From IMG/VR virus record IMGVR_UViG_3300009103_000015, positions 13,877 through 77,876 of that record: a DNA stretch of 64,000 bases. One strand, 5' to 3'. The position numbers and the translations under genes are program-made. Of the stretch, positions 23,201 to 31,147 are shown one piece after another (positions within the stretch are counted from its first letter, which is position 1; every line of letters starts with the position of its first letter). The notes beneath the pieces were generated by a model. That model did no database searches, was not told the DNA's origin, and saw nothing but the letters and a program-made list of their open reading frames with translations. This DNA comes from a virus.

Positions 23201-24253
23201 TCATTCAGTAAGGTTAGAGGAAGAATACACGCAGTATCTGAATCTGTTTCAATCACTCAATTCCAAGAAAGATTAAGAAAGATACTAGCAAGAATCATAA
23301 CAGAATCAATCTCTATATCTGAAGTAGAACAACGTGTAAGAAATATCAGTAGAATTGATACTGCTTCAATCTCAATCTCTGAAACCAATGAGAGATTAAG
23401 AAAAGTATTAGCTAGAATCATAACTGAAACTATTGGTATCACAGAAACATTAGATAGACTTTCAAACAAACGTAGAGTTGTATCTGAATCAATTTGGGTT
23501 TATGAGTTTAGAGGAAGAGCAAGAGAGTTAATCAGAGCAATAATAAATGAAACACTATCCATATCTGATTCTGCAATTAATGTAAGAGGTAGAATAAAAT
23601 CAATAGCAGATACTGTCACAATAACAGAACTGATTTCCAAATCAATCATTCTGATAAAGATGATTTCGGATTCAGTAGGAATAACAGAATCTACAAACAT
23701 AAGAAAATTGATTTCTGTAAAGATTGCAGAAGTAGTTTCAATCACAGAATCAGTGATACGAATAAGACCTGTAATAAGAGTAATCACAGAATCAATAGGA
23801 ATCACAGAATCAGTATTATCATTCCTCATTCGTGATATAATCAAAGTCATATCAGAATCAGTTTCAATCGCAGAAGAATCTGTTGTTTCAAGATGGATTG
23901 GATTAGTATCTACAATATCTAGAGTTAGATTAGAAAGTGTAAGCATAAGCAGAATATTAACCGAGAAAGATTCAGTATCAAGAATAGTAAGAATCACAGA
24001 AGTTGTATCAAAGATATTCACAATCGCAGAATTAGAAACAATATCAAGAATAATAACCTCAAAACTATTCACTTCCAGAATAGTAAGTGTGAAAGAGTTC
24101 AAATCTTACAGAAGAATATTTGAGTTCTTATCTAGAATATACTCACAGAAAGAAACATCTTCAGAAATAAAATCTAGTGAAATACAAGAATCAGTCGTGA
24201 GAAATGTTAAAAGTGCTGTATCTAGAATAAGAAATATCTTTAAATTTGAATAG
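14273..24253 (+). CDS. Giant 3326-aa repetitive virion protein (FQ-pentapeptide and ISESxGITE repeats)
   Basis: Continuous 9.98-kb ORF (TTG start) made of two repeat types; no Cys seen; within the structural cluster. Confidence 0.8.
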   Translation: MAILKVFQNSIFDSDLFQAQTIGKTFQSNIFDSDIFQQIPTLTSIDNVFQTDIFQKVYGGKLLFQKQYTISTSSEIAKVFQSSIFDSDLFQTTSFTPTIYPKKVFQNNIFQNVLFQTKQLANAGKYIFQSGLFQADVFDVPNLIKISISEMMSIIEVQPEKVMGFVNTFNDSAIEILMTIYKVMGKTKTAGLDAVSTTELQYHTRARKNHIQEVLDLSEFISFSKKTDNTSVEKVFQSNIFQSSVFQKKYKRIRESADKVFSSIYQSDVFQTLGFKLLDIPNVFTSIFQKDIFQVAHTVSNPAPFQTNIFQSNIFHITVKIKHAINESVAISESVSFAKGKPQTISDNVGISEQNNYIENALGQAKSETRNESLSITESISFVKKKVKTVSEDVSVVEVLDAEAKRDPNVVAKLFQTNIFDQDIFQKRFLLKRLQISKVFQLNIFDTDIFQQVFNPDVITKIFQTNVFSTKLFQQETKHSALGIIQSIFQVGLFQSDTFQTIVPIPKIPALDSVGITETISTRRIRKNPKSVSENISISEGLVSRKGDVKTISESIGVSDSLSSQSGFVRTTTENVSISESISFKKHKQIDETINVSESVIRPRGIVRTISDGLGITESIVRPRPITRIINETISITESLVKPWFKRIDEAVGITESVQRVRKLIRTFNENISITETGKPEFYRLSEKFFEKVFQTNVFQQDVFQKKYDANAIKKAIFQSFFQSDIFQQAYQPLARTKKTVFQTDIFDSKLFQFEYNVEKPLARLFQRSVFQNNIFQARKLFKPSTSVKKLFQTNVFQTDYRKRVFQQAFDTAVIKIRNVFSGIYQYPLFQAPEPIRKPIEEIEGISESLVVIGGKPQSIPETINVVESTSRSRTLVRSISDSVGVSDTIPYYKQRTWKIPQSDTIGVTEEITTKKRQVTYFVNKIFQTDIFDQDIFQKKWDQHKLITKVFQSNIFDTDIFSQGFNKFIIPSIFQTNVFGGKFWQKQYDTRKLGKYIFTTVFQSDVFQAPFKKKKSVVDTIGISESSSKVKGFVKKVDESLGITETLSKIVRKTITKSISETVGISEIKKFAKSLQVTVTENVEIIDLTRKKLERVIFTIPRIFQTNIFDQDVFQKLWDPTATAISKIFQSNVFDTDVFQQAFSTNIKPKIFDQDIFQVNVFQTKSHDILKKSKSIFTGGIFQVNVFQTPQKLTKSVYDNVGIVESAIKKVIPQISKSISESVGVVESSSKSVGKTKTVPLDNVGITETTGYAKLLKKSISDSVSILDLTRKKLEQVIFTIPRIFQTNIFQQPTSSYPKYIFQKLWDPSSTSIAKVFQSDVFDNDLFQQASDTNIKPKVFTSIFQHNIFQTKQQDLAKKSKVVFQVKVFHSNVFQSAIQVKKTIYDTIGVVESTVRKIIPQISKSISENLGIVESISKSIGKTKTVPTDSVGITESTGFAKLLKKSVSDTVGIIDLTRYNKEQTIFTIPRVFQTNIFDNDVFQQLWDPSSTSISKVFQSNIFDTDVFQQGFFTNIKSKVFQNIFQHNVFQTKIFDIKKKATKIFQVKVFDFKVFQSPIGIFKAIYDTVNVAESTVKKIIPQISKSINENVGISESENKSIGITKTAPTDSVSISETTQFAKKLTKTITESAITIYDFTKHFKKQTIFTIPKVFQSNVFDTDVFQTLYNPLATAFSKVFQSNVFDQDVFQKAYDSVIRPAVFTSVFQSKVFQKAVDTRKIRTKPFQYKVFQYNVFQAPQLLKESIYETVNVNESIATRKENVVRAQKTDTVGITESVSTVKGIAKDTTESVGIVETVYKSIGVVKSVTEPVSVVEVLTKFDWRKITFIYKVFQDFFQENVFQQQYNIFPFSGRRTAKIKKLFQSNVFDNDVFQSKVFDLDIIPRVFNQWVFQQPSDEYPYPVFQRLYKLSEHEETRTKIFQQNIFQSNLFSVRLPLHIEYKQEYGTDPPIAINESISIVLGKNQRINENIGISESISFNTAQNQTISESVGITENFSRSRSLVRIFTEELPILMFRDGWLTPRNLVRTIDETVGITETKTFLQGMIKTISESVSVDEFRQRLRKPIVRSIAEAISIAESVVRVRPVIRSIFEDVFIDGFSYEGIGKAVRDRTRIVSETVSVDEFRQRLRKLLVRTVSDNVSIADVPNKARGIARTLSDSLGITDLSVRTRNRIKSISDSVSITESIVRVFTLARSINETVNVEMFRDRARVIARSISESIGIIESTVYARILNRILSESVSVEEALSKARTLSRIISDSVGLTELPKTARTISRAVADSIGLTESISKARTLARSISDSVDISEFRGKARDLIRVFVNETVGIVESTSRVRSLARSVVENIGITDVISKARTLVRSVSDSIGITESLVKARSIARGIVESTGIVESIGRARGVARTITDSLEMYEFGWLGLRLPLRVLGRSRIVNESLAISESPTSVRGRLKRIAESIGITEAKSKALGFVRTLTESAISITETLNRVRAVSRPISESVGITDARDIQRALSRILSENVAVSESLVKVRTMIRVLSESVAISEVPTKVRIILRMISESIGITETISRARGLYKIINESVGITMFRNSGRLIARIISDSIGITEAKNIFRNRFRAIQESVSLTEAIVRIRSLSRIISDNVAVAEVSEKIRIILRSISESISIAETVARSRTLSRMLSESVSVTQFRNSARIIARVITESISISETAIRVRGIARILQESVGLVESIDIQRALSRIRAETIAITESTSKFRLRLRSIVESVGITEVPVRVRGLSRIISESVGITMFRNSARLIARIISESISVAESITTLRGRLRAIIESIGITDVPTRAKTIARIILETVAVEDFRGRARELIRVIVNESVAITEAIHKQFFIARAISEGIAIAESIVRSRGLSRIISESTSISESLVRLRTLSRAIAEVVNTTEFRGRARELLARVISESIAITESSIKVRGRLKRIAESVAITPETTSRAIGFVRTVPLDVIGITESFSKVRGRIHAVSESVSITQFQERLRKILARIITESISISEVEQRVRNISRIDTASISISETNERLRKVLARIITETIGITETLDRLSNKRRVVSESIWVYEFRGRARELIRAIINETLSISDSAINVRGRIKSIADTVTITELISKSIILIKMISDSVGITESTNIRKLISVKIAEVVSITESVIRIRPVIRVITESIGITESVLSFLIRDIIKVISESVSIAEESVVSRWIGLVSTISRVRLESVSISRILTEKDSVSRIVRITEVVSKIFTIAELETISRIITSKLFTSRIVSVKEFKSYRRIFEFLSRIYSQKETSSEIKSSEIQESVVRNVKSAVSRIRNIFKFE
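17527..19740 (+). repeat. About four tandem ~543-561-bp (~181-187 aa) super-repeats within the giant ORF
   Basis: D(L/F)T...IFTIPxxFQ unit recurs at ~17531, ~18074, ~18635 and ~19177. Confidence 0.8.
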
Positions 24254-24268
24254 ATTAATGAATAGAGT

Positions 24269-24619
24269 ATGGCAACTTATGAAGATGCAGTTATCAGAAT
24301 CGGAAATAAAGGAACTGTAATAGATGTGAAAATGTATTCAGTATCTGCCGATGGAAATACTCAAACTGCATTAGATCTATCTGCTGGAAATTCATATCAG
24401 ATTGAGTTCAAAAGAAAAGATTCTACAACTCAAGTTGTCACAGCAACCGTAAAGAATGGAAGTGGAACAGATGGTATTCTCACATATACTGACACAGGTG
24501 GAGCTGTCTTTGCTCACACTAGTGCAAAAAGAGGTAGATGGGAAGTAAGAGGAATCATTAATTATGCTTCAGGCAACGTTTTTAAAGGAAGCTGGGAAGG
24601 TTTTACTGTTGGCGAATAG
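24269..24619 (+). CDS. BppU-N-like Ig-fold virion protein
   Basis: IEFKRKDST...ATV...GILTY...GRWEVRGIINY pattern. Confidence 0.5.
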   Translation: MATYEDAVIRIGNKGTVIDVKMYSVSADGNTQTALDLSAGNSYQIEFKRKDSTTQVVTATVKNGSGTDGILTYTDTGGAVFAHTSAKRGRWEVRGIINYASGNVFKGSWEGFTVGE

Positions 24620-25289
24620 AGAACCAGATGTTGAAATTCGAGGTGGTAAAGTTGTTAAAAGAAAATATGAATCAAAAGAAGATTTTGATAATAGAGATAA
24701 TGAAGAAAAAGTTGTAAGTGGAATTAATCCAAAATATATTCAAGGTAATAGAAAATACAGTCAAGAAGAACAAACAAAGAAAGCTTTAGCTGACTTGAAA
24801 TCAATAGGAACTGAAAGAATAAAAAAAATTACCTGTATGTGTTGTGAGAAAACATTTGGAGATCATTCTCATAAAGACTTGTTAAGATGTGTTCAATTAT
24901 TACAAAATACTAATTGTGCATGGGGTTATGAATTAGCTGAATACAAAGCAATAGAAAAAATGCAAATAGAAGAACTAAGATCAAAACAAACTTCTGAAAT
25001 GCAAGAAGATAAAGGAGATATGGAAAATCCTGAATGGAAAGATGTAGATATGTCACAGGAAGGAGAGAAAGAAATGCTTGATAAAATAAAAGGGGATATG
25101 GATTCTCATGAATCAAATATAGAGAAAATTGACATGGATGAATTAGATGAGAAAGGTTCAACAATGTTTGAAACTAAAGATGAAGATGGAAATAATGTAG
25201 TAGTAGAAGCTATCGATCCAGAATCAGATTTAGGTAAGAAAATACTTAAAGAAGAGAGAGAGAAGAAGAAACATGGCAAATCTAACTGA
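24609..25289 (+). CDS. Acidic hypothetical protein with CxxC-H-C motif
   Basis: CMCCEKTFGDH...RC; D/E-rich C-terminus; TTG start assumed. Confidence 0.55.
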   Translation: MANREPDVEIRGGKVVKRKYESKEDFDNRDNEEKVVSGINPKYIQGNRKYSQEEQTKKALADLKSIGTERIKKITCMCCEKTFGDHSHKDLLRCVQLLQNTNCAWGYELAEYKAIEKMQIEELRSKQTSEMQEDKGDMENPEWKDVDMSQEGEKEMLDKIKGDMDSHESNIEKIDMDELDEKGSTMFETKDEDGNNVVVEAIDPESDLGKKILKEEREKKKHGKSN

Positions 25290-25383
25290 AACAGCAGGTG
25301 GTAAGTGTGATAGATGTAATCATCATCAGAAGTATCATAAGACACAACAATGTTCATTCGAGAACTGTTCTTGTGGCAAATAA
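25273..25383 (+). CDS. 36-aa Zn-binding microprotein (not in ORF track)
   Basis: MANLTETAGGKCDRCNHHQKYHKTQQCSFENCSCGK; same CxxCxH..H..C..CxC layout as 27433..27669. Confidence 0.55.
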   Translation: MANLTETAGGKCDRCNHHQKYHKTQQCSFENCSCGK

Positions 25384-25424
25384 AAGATTTTTAAGACATG
25401 ATTAATCACTAATTTTGTGAGATT

Positions 25425-27461
25425 ATGGGTATTGTAAAAGCATTTGAAACTGCATTTCAAACTTTCAATAATTATCTAAGTAATATTACAAGAAAGAGAA
25501 ACGCATCAATAGTCGGTCCGTCAAAACAGATTACAGGTGAATATCCACAGGTAGATTTTTCAAAGTTATATGATTATTATCATCATTGGGATCAGGTCAA
25601 AAAAGCAATAGATACAATGCATCAGAAATTTATGGGTGCTGGAATTAGAATTGAAATTGATGATGATTATTTACAAGAGTTTGTAGAGAAATGGATGGAA
25701 GTAGTAAACTTCCAAAAGAAGATGTCAGATTTCTTCTTGAATGTTATCGTCACAGGTAATGGAGTTCTAGAATTACAATACACAGATGAAAACAAACTTG
25801 GAAATATTGAAGTTATTCCAATGCAAACTATATGGAGAGTTTTCAGAGATGAATTTGGAAATGAAATCAAAATCGTTCAGAATATAGACGGTGTTTTCAA
25901 AGAATTAGATCCAGCAAACTATCTTCATTGGACAATCAATAATCCAGATAGACAGGCATTTGGAAAATCAGAATTTTTCACATTGGCAAGTCCAAGAACT
26001 GTTTCTGCAAAATTAGATCCAATCACTGGAGAAGCAGTAAATGATGAACGTTCACTAATGGCTTTGTTAGATGCTCAAGCAGAACTTCAAAACGCAGAAG
26101 TTGAAATTAAAAAGTTAATGGCAAAACCTAGAATATTTGCTTCATTCCCAGCAATGCCACAAGATCAATTAAACAAATTACAAAAAGAATTACAAGATCC
26201 AAATACATCACAAACCATTTGGGCATTTGATAGAGAAGCAAAAATGGTAGAAGCAAACGTATCTCCACAAGGAAAGTATAATGATTATGCACAGAACGTA
26301 GATGATCATATTGATATTGGAACTGGATTTGCTAGTAAAGTAATTAGAAGTCCACAGGGATTCAGTTATTCTTCAAGTCAAACTCCATTCGATGTCATGG
26401 ATCAAAGAATGAATGATATGCAATCTGATGCTAGAGAAATGATTCGTGATGATATACTAAGACCATTATTCAACTCTTGGGGATTCGAGGACTTTGATGA
26501 TTATGATATTACAATTTCATTCATGCCAAGTGTAAGAAGACTTGCTATGGAAGATATTAGAAATTTACCTTTAGATGCTGTATCTCCAGAAGAGAAAAGA
26601 GAACTTCTAAAGAACTTACATATTCCACTTAATGATGATTTGTGGGAAGAGTTTAATGCTAAGCAACAAGCAACAGGTTCGTTGACAGGCATTCAAGATT
26701 CAGGTCAAGGACAAGGACAGAAAGTTCCATTGACAAGTCCAAAGTCTGCAATATCTCCTATCGCTGGAAACCCAAGAACTCAAAGTGATGGTTCAACTAA
26801 CTTAGATAAACCAGAACAAGCAGATGCTCCAACTCCAAGTAGAACTGATGATAGACCTGTTCCAACAATCAAAAAGAAAACAGAATCATTTGATAATCAT
26901 ATACTAAGTAATCCAAAAGAATTTGAAGCTTATATTAAGAAAACAATCAGTGAGAGTATTAAGAAATCTATGGAAGATATTTCAACTCCTAGAAATAATT
27001 CATCTTGGAGAGGAGATGAAAAACCAAAACCAGATCAGGAGAAAAAGAAATATGAATTGAGTCCTAAGATAAACACTAGTGATCTATATGTTTCAGGTGG
27101 TCTTAATGATGAAGATGGAAAACCATCATTAACAGATCCTACAATAGAACAACATCTAAAAGATCAGTTAGGAAAACCAGATTCAATAATTCCAAAAGAA
27201 GAGAAAGAGAAGAAGGGTATAGATGGAAAAACAATAGCATACAGAGGTAAGAACGCACCAAATCCAAACGACAATTATGACATAACTGGTCCTATTGATC
27301 CAAAGAGAGAAAAGACTGCTCCAGCTAATCCAGTTGGACAAGTTCCACAGAGTATGATAAAGAGAATTGAGAAAGAAATCCTAGACGGTGATCCAGAAAA
27401 GATTGACAAGTTGAGATCTCTATTGGAGACCGATGTTGGAGAAGAAGAAGAAAGAAGATAA
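25425..27461 (+). CDS. Portal protein with long low-complexity C-terminal extension
   Basis: YHHWDQVKKAID..GAG, VIVTGNGVLE, AFGKS motifs; precedes protease/MCP; last ~260 aa are P/K/D/E-rich. Confidence 0.82.
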   Translation: MGIVKAFETAFQTFNNYLSNITRKRNASIVGPSKQITGEYPQVDFSKLYDYYHHWDQVKKAIDTMHQKFMGAGIRIEIDDDYLQEFVEKWMEVVNFQKKMSDFFLNVIVTGNGVLELQYTDENKLGNIEVIPMQTIWRVFRDEFGNEIKIVQNIDGVFKELDPANYLHWTINNPDRQAFGKSEFFTLASPRTVSAKLDPITGEAVNDERSLMALLDAQAELQNAEVEIKKLMAKPRIFASFPAMPQDQLNKLQKELQDPNTSQTIWAFDREAKMVEANVSPQGKYNDYAQNVDDHIDIGTGFASKVIRSPQGFSYSSSQTPFDVMDQRMNDMQSDAREMIRDDILRPLFNSWGFEDFDDYDITISFMPSVRRLAMEDIRNLPLDAVSPEEKRELLKNLHIPLNDDLWEEFNAKQQATGSLTGIQDSGQGQGQKVPLTSPKSAISPIAGNPRTQSDGSTNLDKPEQADAPTPSRTDDRPVPTIKKKTESFDNHILSNPKEFEAYIKKTISESIKKSMEDISTPRNNSSWRGDEKPKPDQEKKKYELSPKINTSDLYVSGGLNDEDGKPSLTDPTIEQHLKDQLGKPDSIIPKEEKEKKGIDGKTIAYRGKNAPNPNDNYDITGPIDPKREKTAPANPVGQVPQSMIKRIEKEILDGDPEKIDKLRSLLETDVGEEEERR

Positions 27462-27669
27462 ATGGTGGAAAAGACCTCCTAGAAGTTCTAGAATCTGCTT
27501 AAGATGTGAGCATAAATACTCATCACATATTGATGTTAGATGTTTGAAAATCGTAAGTAGAAAGCCTAGAGTTGAATGTGAATGTAGAGGTTTTATTGCT
27601 AATGAATACGAATTAGAATTAGCGAACAAGAGAGAAAAAAATGCTTTAAAAGGAGAAATCAATAAATAA
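27433..27669 (+). CDS. Small Zn-finger protein
   Basis: CLRCEHKYSSH...C...CECRGF. Confidence 0.6.
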   Translation: MLEKKKKEDKWWKRPPRSSRICLRCEHKYSSHIDVRCLKIVSRKPRVECECRGFIANEYELELANKREKNALKGEINK

Positions 27670-27677
27670 TCATAGTC

Positions 27678-30428
27678 ATGACTTTGAAAAAACGTGTCAC
27701 AGAATACTTTGATGATGAAGACCTGAAAAGTATTAACTCTAAAGAAGTGAATCCAGATGAGAAAGAATGTGAGAGTTGTGGTTTCAAAACAGCAGATAAT
27801 GAAGAATTTGAAGACCATTTACAATCTCATAAGGATATTTCAGATGAGTTTTGGAATAACAATTATAATAATTTTGTAAATTATCAACTAGCAAATCTTA
27901 AGAAGAAAACAGGAACTGAAAGTGTTGATCTTCTCATGGGAAAGATTTCAGCACAAGAAGGTAAGAAAATCAAAGGAACTCTAGCTTATGCTGGTGTTTC
28001 ATTAAACAACAGATTATATCTTCCAGAACAATTAGCAAAAGGCGATGGTCAAACATTACCACTTATAGTAAATCATGCTTCAACTTCAGGTGCTGAAGGA
28101 GAACTTCATAGACTTCCAGATACATTTAGAGAAGGATTAGTAAATGGAAAAGAAATGAAAGTAGGAACTGTTAAACTTAATTGGGATCCAGAAGCATTAA
28201 CATTGTATTATTCAGGAGAAGTAGATGATGAGTTTTTCCAAAAAGAAATTGGAGAAGCTGATATGGCAGTATCTCTAGGAATGTATTATGATGCAAACTC
28301 GCCTCAAGTTTGTGATAAAGAATGTTATACAGTCATAAAAGGTGGAGAATTTTCTGAAGTTTCATTGGTCTATCATGCAGGTTTTCCAATAGCAACTATT
28401 GAAGCAAATGAAGCTGTTCTAAGAAAGAAAGGTATGGAAGCATTAAAGTTTTCAAGAACTGAAGATCCATTACCTTGTTCAAAGAAATCTGAAGAAGCAC
28501 TCGGTCCTCACAGTCCAGAATATGATCAGGTCATCAATGATCCTAATGAAAATCCAACAACTTCAGGTAGAGGAGTAGGAAATATTCAACCTGAAACTAG
28601 AGTAGCTCAAAGAAGAATGGATGAAAATGAAATTGGAGTCACATCATCTAATGATTTGGAAAAATCAAAAGAAGAAGTTTCTGGTCCACCAACTTCTACA
28701 ACACCAACAGTTATTCGTGAAAAAAATACATATAAAGAGAGTTTAAATAGTAAGAACAAGATTATGTCTGACGAAATTGACAAAAACGAAATATCAGCCG
28801 AACCAAAAGCTGAAAACACAGAAACCGAAGAAGAAGAAATAAAATCTAAAGATGCAGAATCACAAGCATCTGGAACTTTTTCTGATGGTGGCGGTGCTCA
28901 ATGCGAAGACCAAGGTAAAATTTGGGATGCAGAGACCGAGAAATGTGTTGATGTAAACGGTTCAGTTCAAAAGGAAGTCCCTTCTGGCGTTAAGACTAAC
29001 GTTTCAGATGGTGGCAAGTCAGGAGAAAACAGAAGAGTTAGACCAACATCTTATCGTAGAAGTTCTGTTCCAAACGCAGATATTGCTTCAGAAAAACGAA
29101 GAGTAAAAGAATATTACAAGAAATTGGATAGACTTGAAGCTCTACGTGGTATGAAAGTATCAGAAGCAAGAATCAAAGCAAAAGAACAATACTTGAAAGA
29201 AAAACGATTAGATAGTTTAATTCGTGGTGCTAAAGAAAGTGCAAGACCAAAAGCTATTGTAAGTCGCAAGACAGCAAAAGCTGGTGAAGCATTTGGCAAA
29301 GTAAAAGCTGACGAGAAAGAAGTCACTGGTCCAGCAAGATGGTATCAAGCCATCAAGAACGAAGAGAACGTTCCAAATTCATTTATCTGGCACGTTAACA
29401 AACAAGGAATCTTCGAGAACAGTGATCAACGTTTCATCAAATCTTACGATGCTAACGAAAACACCCAATATGCTCCTTTGACATCAGACCAAAAGAAAGC
29501 TTCCGAAGCAGTGACTGGTCCAGCAGGTAATGATTTCATGAGAATCATGTCCGAGCAGGTTCTAGTATTGCCAAACGGAAAAGTAGTCACACCAATTCGT
29601 CAATTCTGTGAAACCAAAGTGTTGCCAACAGGCACAAAAGAAGCATTCTTCTATGACTTTGGTGCAGTAGGATTCAGCGACATCACTGAAGATGGTTCAA
29701 CAGTTGTTGGAGAATCTGCAGTTGTTGTTAGATCTGCTGGTGGTCCAGCAGGTGCTAGAGGAACAAAACTCATTCTAGGTTATACTCAAATTGAGGAAAG
29801 CCCAATCGATTTGATTGCAAGTGCAAACAGATCATTCGCATTAGAATCAGTAAACGATGAATCAAAAGAAGTTGTAAACGTATCATACAACACAGATTCA
29901 GGTTCCGCAGGCGATGCTACAAACAGAAAAGCAGTTGGTGGTGGTTCAAAAGCAAACAGATGGGTATCTCACAGTGGTTCACAAATCACAGCAGATGCAT
30001 CTGGTCTTGGAAACTTAACTTTCGCTGGATTAGTTTCAGCAAAAGGAGTTATCGAAGATGAAGGTCTTGATCCTAGCAACTTAGTCACATACACAACAGG
30101 AAAAGCAATTCGTGATCTTGTATTTGATCCAGATCTCGATAGTTTCATATCCTTTAGTCGTCCAGCAATCATTACAGAAGCAACTGTCGAAAGAATCGCA
30201 GGAACTAATGTAGTAAGATCTTCTGCTTTAGCAAGTGGATCACAATCTGGATCTAGCAGATCCGTAATGTTTGTTCCAAACATTGCATTCGGCTTGATTT
30301 CAGGAAGAGATCTAACTATGGAAGCACAAAGAAGAAATGAGCTCCAATCAATTTTCTTGACTGGAACACAGAGGATTGCAGGATTCACAAAGAACGTGGA
30401 AGCAACCTGTCGTATATCTCACTTATAG
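27678..30428 (+). CDS. C2H2 finger + prohead protease + scaffold + HK97-fold major capsid protein fusion
   Basis: CESC...HLQSH finger; protease motifs SLNNRLY, LIVNH, AVSLG, SEVSLV; charged scaffold; ~306-aa capsid-like C-terminus from ~29508 (ERIAGTNVVRS, GRDLTMEAQR, TQRIAG). Confidence 0.85.
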   Translation: MTLKKRVTEYFDDEDLKSINSKEVNPDEKECESCGFKTADNEEFEDHLQSHKDISDEFWNNNYNNFVNYQLANLKKKTGTESVDLLMGKISAQEGKKIKGTLAYAGVSLNNRLYLPEQLAKGDGQTLPLIVNHASTSGAEGELHRLPDTFREGLVNGKEMKVGTVKLNWDPEALTLYYSGEVDDEFFQKEIGEADMAVSLGMYYDANSPQVCDKECYTVIKGGEFSEVSLVYHAGFPIATIEANEAVLRKKGMEALKFSRTEDPLPCSKKSEEALGPHSPEYDQVINDPNENPTTSGRGVGNIQPETRVAQRRMDENEIGVTSSNDLEKSKEEVSGPPTSTTPTVIREKNTYKESLNSKNKIMSDEIDKNEISAEPKAENTETEEEEIKSKDAESQASGTFSDGGGAQCEDQGKIWDAETEKCVDVNGSVQKEVPSGVKTNVSDGGKSGENRRVRPTSYRRSSVPNADIASEKRRVKEYYKKLDRLEALRGMKVSEARIKAKEQYLKEKRLDSLIRGAKESARPKAIVSRKTAKAGEAFGKVKADEKEVTGPARWYQAIKNEENVPNSFIWHVNKQGIFENSDQRFIKSYDANENTQYAPLTSDQKKASEAVTGPAGNDFMRIMSEQVLVLPNGKVVTPIRQFCETKVLPTGTKEAFFYDFGAVGFSDITEDGSTVVGESAVVVRSAGGPAGARGTKLILGYTQIEESPIDLIASANRSFALESVNDESKEVVNVSYNTDSGSAGDATNRKAVGGGSKANRWVSHSGSQITADASGLGNLTFAGLVSAKGVIEDEGLDPSNLVTYTTGKAIRDLVFDPDLDSFISFSRPAIITEATVERIAGTNVVRSSALASGSQSGSSRSVMFVPNIAFGLISGRDLTMEAQRRNELQSIFLTGTQRIAGFTKNVEATCRISHL
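28719..28766 (+). promoter_or_regulatory. Candidate internal promoter and in-frame start (ATG 28764) for scaffold-MCP
   Basis: GAAAAAAA-TACA-TATAAA ending 27 nt before in-frame ATG (MSDEIDK); codon usage shifts after it. Confidence 0.55.
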
Positions 30429-30440
30429 GCTTAGAAAACT

Positions 30441-30470
30441 CATGGATAAAACCATGTTTCCCTTTTTTTA
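30441..30470 (+). terminator. Hairpin plus oligo-T terminator after MCP
   Basis: CATGG-ATAAAA-CCATG followed by TTTCCCTTTTTTT. Confidence 0.6.
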
Positions 30471-30502
30471 TATTTTTAAACAAGCAAGAGTGATAGTATA
30501 AT

Positions 30503-31147
30503 ATGTCACACTATGCAAGTTTATCAATGGTAAAAGAAAAACTTAGAATACCAGCTTCTGATTCTTCAATAGATGATGAACTTAATATTTACATAGATGA
30601 AGTAGATGCTTACATAGATCGTATATTATTAGAAAGATTCGGAAAAACAGATGAATATGGTTATTCTATATCACTTCCATTAACTAGTTCAACAAGACCA
30701 GCTTTAACTTTTAGTTTGAAAGTGGTAGCATCAGATCTTGTAGAAGGTAAATTCAGATTGAAAACAACAGAAGAAAACGCATTATGGATGGAAGCAAATC
30801 AACAACTAGAGAAATATATCTTAGAAACTTTTGGATGGAATGAAGGTCATGGATTTAGAAGAGATCCAACAATTACAATAAGTCCTACGAATGGTAGTGC
30901 TGGTTCTACAATAACTATGACTGGAAAAGACTTCAAACCAAGAGGTGAAATATCAATTAAAATTGTAGATAAGAATGGAAATGGAGTAGCACAAACAACA
31001 TCTCCAGCAGTAGTTCTAACAGATGATAATGGAGATTTTAGTGGTGTCACATTTGCAACTGCCACAACAGATGCAGTTGGTTCTTATGAGATAGTAGCAC
31101 ATGATAAAGTTAATCATGTCATAAGAAATTTTACGGTGACTTCATAA
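30503..31147 (+). CDS. Head-tail adaptor (gp6/gp15-like) with C-terminal Ig-like domain
   Basis: YASLSMVKEKLRI...DDELNIYIDEVDAYID directly after MCP; Ig-like TITISPT...ITMTGKDF...GSYEIVA. Confidence 0.7.
   Translation: MSHYASLSMVKEKLRIPASDSSIDDELNIYIDEVDAYIDRILLERFGKTDEYGYSISLPLTSSTRPALTFSLKVVASDLVEGKFRLKTTEENALWMEANQQLEKYILETFGWNEGHGFRRDPTITISPTNGSAGSTITMTGKDFKPRGEISIKIVDKNGNGVAQTTSPAVVLTDDNGDFSGVTFATATTDAVGSYEIVAHDKVNHVIRNFTVTS

Noticed and set aside
14512-24102. Long minus-strand and alternate-frame ORFs inside the giant gene (e.g. 19930..20859, 20950..21915, 22420..23256)
   Set aside because: Shadows of the repetitive codon pattern on the + strand; no independent motifs or promoters
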